From positions 1 through 52,867 of IMG/VR virus record IMGVR_UViG_3300008255_000160: a DNA stretch of 52,867 nt, one strand, 5' to 3'. Source of the stretch: a virus. Its lineage: Duplodnaviria > Caudoviricetes. Both the position numbers and the translations under genes were made by a program. Below, in pieces: positions 48,709 through 52,867 of this stretch. Every line of letters begins with the position of its first letter. The first letter of the stretch is position 1. The notes beneath the pieces were generated by a model, which searched no databases, was not told where the DNA came from, and saw only the letters and a program-made list of their open reading frames with translations.

Positions 48709-48988
48709 CCTCCGGCGATTTTATATTCCCAAATCATTGTTTGGTCCTCCCCGCGAGCAACTTGATCATCCTGCAACCATTAGTAGGCTAACCGATACGC
48801 TTCTTCAATCATATATTTAGAAATACAAAGCGTTTCCGTGGAAGCCACATCTTCTGTTATAGATATTACCTCTACTAAACACCAATGGTCAGAAATATGA
48901 TGTCTGACACAGAACAACATCACGATGCACATCAAGGAACAACAAATAACTCATATCGATAGTATAAAATGAATTTTAAAAATGTCAA

Positions 48989-50245
48989 TCATAGTTTAAT
49001 GATTTTGACAACCAAAATAGACGGTTGCATATTATTAACAGCAGTACCAGTCGATATGGATGCACCGGTAGTATCAATTGGTGAAGAAGTCATCCCAGCC
49101 GATGGTGCAACATATGTACCATTGTAAAACATTCTGTACGAATGTTGATGGTTAAACTCATTAGACAAATTACCATCCCATCTGGTAACCTGTTGGTTCA
49201 CTGTTGATGTCGGAACAGCAGCCGCATGTGTATTCCATTCCGGATTAGTAGATGTTGCAGCCCTGAACATGTGGTGTCTGTGATCTGGAATATTGTCTGC
49301 CACCAGTGTTACTTCTTCTATACCACCCATTTGTCCTACTTGTGAAATATTGGTAAATGTTTTCGTAGAAATGGTTCCACTTGGTGAAACAGTATCAAGA
49401 TCAGCCATCACTGAAACACGTCCTGTAAAATCAGGAAGAGTTATAGTCTTATTTGCGGACCAATCTGCACCCGCAGATGTTCCACGACCAGACGACACAG
49501 GTATAATAGTGTTTGTGAAATTATTCCAAAGATGATAATATAGATTCTGTGCAAGAGTACTTGCATATGCTGCACCAGAAGACGGACTTCCTATGGTTCT
49601 TCCATCCAGAATGAGCCACCCAGTTGGTGCAGAATTTCCAAAATAATCCATTATTGCACCAACTGGTATATTTGATCCAGACCACGAAGGACGACCACTT
49701 TGGATAGATAATACACTTCCTTCCGCACCAGCAGGCAATGCATAAGAAGTAGAACTACTATTGAATGTAATCAATGAGCCTTCTGGTGATTGTTGTAATT
49801 TTGCATATGTAACTGCATTATTGTCAATCTTTTCAGTAACAACAGCATTATTGCCTAATGCAGTAGAATTAATACTACTGGCTTTATAATTAACAGTATC
49901 TACAGCTTGAAGACCAAGTTTAGAAGTTGTAACAGCATTGGTGCCAAGTTTGTTGGTAGTTATGGCACCATTTGCCATTTTAGCCGCAGTGATCAGACCA
50001 TCTGGAATTGCCAACAATGGAAGTGAATTGATTGAATACTTGAGGGAAGTAATAGCACTGTCGGCCAATTCTTTCCAACCTATTGCACCTTCTGCTATAT
50101 GATGTTGCTCTACCTGTTGGGGTCCGATTTTGGCAGATTTGACAGCACCATCTGCCAATCCTGCCGTATCAACCGCACCGTCCTCAATTTGATCTGTCCC
50201 AACACTGGCAGTGGCTAATAAGCCTTTGGTAATTTTTGTAGTCAT
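48989..50245 (-). CDS. tail fibre protein with tail-collar domain
   Basis: IxDGAVTxxKL-type repeats, IPVGAIMDY..APTGWL..LPDFTGR, NNMQPS..IIKL. Confidence 0.85.
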   Translation of the reverse strand: MTTKITKGLLATASVGTDQIEDGAVDTAGLADGAVKSAKIGPQQVEQHHIAEGAIGWKELADSAITSLKYSINSLPLLAIPDGLITAAKMANGAITTNKLGTNAVTTSKLGLQAVDTVNYKASSINSTALGNNAVVTEKIDNNAVTYAKLQQSPEGSLITFNSSSTSYALPAGAEGSVLSIQSGRPSWSGSNIPVGAIMDYFGNSAPTGWLILDGRTIGSPSSGAAYASTLAQNLYYHLWNNFTNTIIPVSSGRGTSAGADWSANKTITLPDFTGRVSVMADLDTVSPSGTISTKTFTNISQVGQMGGIEEVTLVADNIPDHRHHMFRAATSTNPEWNTHAAAVPTSTVNQQVTRWDGNLSNEFNHQHSYRMFYNGTYVAPSAGMTSSPIDTTGASISTGTAVNNMQPSILVVKIIKL

Positions 50246-51366
50246 TAATTAAACGATGCAATCAGATTCTCTACTGCTTGAATGTAGACGACAAGCCCAC
50301 TCTCTGGTGCAGTAGCAACCCCAGAAGAATTATAAAATTTGACTTTATCGTTAGTTCCAACTGGACCAAACCGCATAGTGTCTCCGGGAGCTGATGTTGC
50401 AGGAGAGACTGCAGGGTCAGACAACATTGTATATGTAAATGAAGTCGAATTTGGAATAGATGTAATCGTGAATGTTCCAACATATTCAGACTGTGCCGCA
50501 CCAGCAATCGTAATTGGATTGCCAATAGATTTACCATGTGCCGCCGCTGTAATAGCCGTCGCAACAACACCCGATGATGTTAATGATGTAATTGTGTTAT
50601 TAGCAGATATGATTTTGTAATCATACGTGCCATTTCCAACCCCAATATCACAAACCTGAACAACACCATTAAGTGTTACTACTAGTTGACCCGGATTCAT
50701 CAATTGACCACCAGCATCAAATTCAGTCGTAACACCATTGGCAACATACCGTTTCGCAAAAAATTTGGAATTACGAGATATATTCGTATATGTTAATGTT
50801 CGAACTGAAATTTTGGAACCATTTGATGGTATTGAATTCATTTTCACATTATTACCGACCATGTAATAATCACGAATACCATTTGATCCGGGCTGTTGGA
50901 CAACGCCATTAATATATACTTGAACAAATTCAACAGGAGGCTGCTGGCTTGATCCAGTAGCAAACAGGGAAGTCGAACCATCACCTGTATAATGCCGCCA
51001 TAGAACACCAGCACCCCGTTCACCGGCAATTGGAATCCACAATGAACCTACCCGAATATATAAAATTTCAGTCGTTGTAGAATAGTAAAGTGTTCCTTCC
51101 AGTTCAGAAGCAGTAGGAGCAGGAGACCCAACCTGTGCTACCCCCTCTTTGACTGGTATCCACTCATTTGGACTATCACTGAACATATACAGATTTGCGG
51201 CTGTTGTGTTGAATATAACTCGCCCATTGTAATTGTCCGATGATCCAACATCAGGCAGAGAATTCATGATCTCAATTGCAGCCGCAGTTGGTTTATTCGA
51301 TGTTTTATCAATTGGTAACCCACGTGATCCGTCTTGTAATTGTCCCGATGGAATAAATCTAGTCAT
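50245..51366 (-). CDS. virion structural protein (baseplate/fibre-associated)
   Basis: GDGSTSLF..VYINGVVQ..DY beta repeats; in the tail operon. Confidence 0.7.
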   Translation of the reverse strand: MTRFIPSGQLQDGSRGLPIDKTSNKPTAAAIEIMNSLPDVGSSDNYNGRVIFNTTAANLYMFSDSPNEWIPVKEGVAQVGSPAPTASELEGTLYYSTTTEILYIRVGSLWIPIAGERGAGVLWRHYTGDGSTSLFATGSSQQPPVEFVQVYINGVVQQPGSNGIRDYYMVGNNVKMNSIPSNGSKISVRTLTYTNISRNSKFFAKRYVANGVTTEFDAGGQLMNPGQLVVTLNGVVQVCDIGVGNGTYDYKIISANNTITSLTSSGVVATAITAAAHGKSIGNPITIAGAAQSEYVGTFTITSIPNSTSFTYTMLSDPAVSPATSAPGDTMRFGPVGTNDKVKFYNSSGVATAPESGLVVYIQAVENLIASFN

Positions 51367-52025
51367 TAAAATGTCGTCCCTAGTAAGTATACATCTGCCG
51401 TCATGGTATCTCCACCTGCAACAGCTTGAATTATATTCAACTTTATTGTCTCATTTGCTGAAACAATACGGTTGGCACCCGATACCTCTACTCTGTAAAA
51501 TTTACTACTGGTATCAAAACCAACCAATTGAAAACGATCAATAATGTCACCAGTATTATTTGAAATCTCTAACGAACATATGGCTTCGTTTTCATCTGCA
51601 ATAGTGATACCCGATGGAATGATAATCATACTAGAAACAACAGTTTTCACACCCGTTGTGCCCGTATGTATGTTGACTGATCCAGTAGATGTAAAATCAA
51701 CACCAGTCGCAGTCGGCAAACGAGTTAAAACAACATCCGTTGTGGTCCCAGTGGCAACCAATACCCATGCAGCCCCATTATAATACTTCATACCAGCAGC
51801 CGTATCATACCAATGTTGACCCTCAACAGGATTGGAAGGTGGCGAATTGTCTGCAAAATTTTCAAGAGTATGATAATAATTCTCTGCAACCGCTTTTGAA
51901 TATCCAGAATACCCCTTACCAATTAAAGTGATCGGTGACACACTGGTGTTGACCGTTCCTGCTGAAACGGTTGCAACAGTTGCACCCCGTTTGTTAGTAA
52001 CTACTGTGTCTGTTTGAACTGCCAT
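51366..52025 (-). CDS. virion structural protein (short fibre-like)
   Basis: LIGKGY..LENFA..PSNPVEGQHWYD N-terminal module typical of large-phage fibres. Confidence 0.72.
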   Translation of the reverse strand: MAVQTDTVVTNKRGATVATVSAGTVNTSVSPITLIGKGYSGYSKAVAENYYHTLENFADNSPPSNPVEGQHWYDTAAGMKYYNGAAWVLVATGTTTDVVLTRLPTATGVDFTSTGSVNIHTGTTGVKTVVSSMIIIPSGITIADENEAICSLEISNNTGDIIDRFQLVGFDTSSKFYRVEVSGANRIVSANETIKLNIIQAVAGGDTMTADVYLLGTTF

Positions 52026-52046
52026 ATTATTAAACCTTTAATCTAT

Positions 52047-52631
52047 TTAGACCACTCTTATGCGTAGAGTATACACAACTTCAATTACTCTGTTTGCTGT
52101 TTTCTCAATAGGATTGAAAACAATATGCGTCAAAAGAAGATTGTCATCTGTCTTCAATGCAATTTCATCAAACACAAATGCGCCATTAATATTTGCAGAC
52201 ACATTATCAAATGCAGATTGACCAATTGGTTCACCTTTGTCCAATACACATCTGATTTCAACATCTGAAAAAACAGTACCATTAATATGCCTGACGCCCG
52301 TCAAGTTACCCGTTGGTGCACCACGAGTAGAATCCACAATTTCAGAATAGGATGGAACATTCAAATCTGCCGCACCACTTACATTCGGGTCTGAATAAGT
52401 GATTGCACCAACTTCATCAACGGTTGCACCACCTGTACCAAAATGCATTGAGAAAACATGCCCGGATTCGGTTCCAGCCAGTGCTCTCGAAATAGCTAAA
52501 CTCATGTTTTCTTTATGAATTGCATTTCGTTTATCAAGAAGTACAATCGAATCGGAACCATTGTCATCAGAATATGAAACAATCTTGACATGACCCTCAA
52601 TTGTAAGTTCTAGATTTTCATTTTTGTTCAT
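52047..52631 (-). CDS. virion structural protein (baseplate-associated)
   Basis: GHVKI..NAIH..FGTGG..FDEIAL..HIVFNPIEK..YTLRI; late promoter. Confidence 0.7.
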   Translation of the reverse strand: MNKNENLELTIEGHVKIVSYSDDNGSDSIVLLDKRNAIHKENMSLAISRALAGTESGHVFSMHFGTGGATVDEVGAITYSDPNVSGAADLNVPSYSEIVDSTRGAPTGNLTGVRHINGTVFSDVEIRCVLDKGEPIGQSAFDNVSANINGAFVFDEIALKTDDNLLLTHIVFNPIEKTANRVIEVVYTLRIRVV

Positions 52632-52725
52632 ATTCTTATTTATCCTTTACAATATTTATTACGCTTTAGAACTTGTGTATTGATCAAAGACGTATATCCA
52701 ATCCAGATATAGCCGCGATAGCTGA

Positions 52726-52867
52726 TCATGTTGCTACCAATACCGTCCATCCGCGTCCCTCCAATGTGGCCTTATCAGCAAGACCGGATGCAGATGGCGG
52801 GGCATTGGTTGTGTGAAGCCACAGAAGTCCATTGCTTGCCCCTGCTGCCACAAATGCCGCGAGAATA
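52726..52867 (-). CDS. 3' end of an upstream gene (partial), probably a surface or fibre protein
   Basis: Open frame ..NAPPSASGLADKATLEGRGWTVLVAT-stop running from the window edge. Confidence 0.6.
   Translation of the reverse strand, partial: ILAAFVAAGASNGLLWLHTTNAPPSASGLADKATLEGRGWTVLVAT

Overview
A 52.9-kb AT-rich segment of a large T4-related (jumbo) myophage genome. An alphaproteobacterial host is inferred from a class I LysRS-like domain and a ROSE-like hsp20 leader. It carries a tRNA cluster (Thr, Ser, degenerate Cys, and Pro further on), divergent type IIA topoisomerase genes, a MoxR-like AAA/VWA pair, class Ia ribonucleotide reductase (NrdA with a mini-intein, NrdB, glutaredoxin) and a lysis cassette with remote spanins. 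It also carries a replication module (5'-3' exonuclease, clamp, clamp loader, PolB, ligase, DinG-like helicase, DnaE fragment), chaperone/protease genes (ClpP, GroES, Hsp20), PhoH and tail/baseplate genes. The main highlight is a naturally split intein that fractures the topoisomerase B subunit inside the TOPRIM DxDxD motif, with a basic IntN and acidic IntC. Other highlights are a repeated ATAAATA-N5-ATG arrangement implying leaderless late mRNAs, a ~300-nt structured RNA candidate, a stand-alone LysRS anticodon-binding-like domain, an internally deleted TnpB that keeps its omegaRNA, a PAS protein in the lysis cassette, and a decayed tRNA-associated HNH element. All calls come from motif recognition by eye; no database searches were run.
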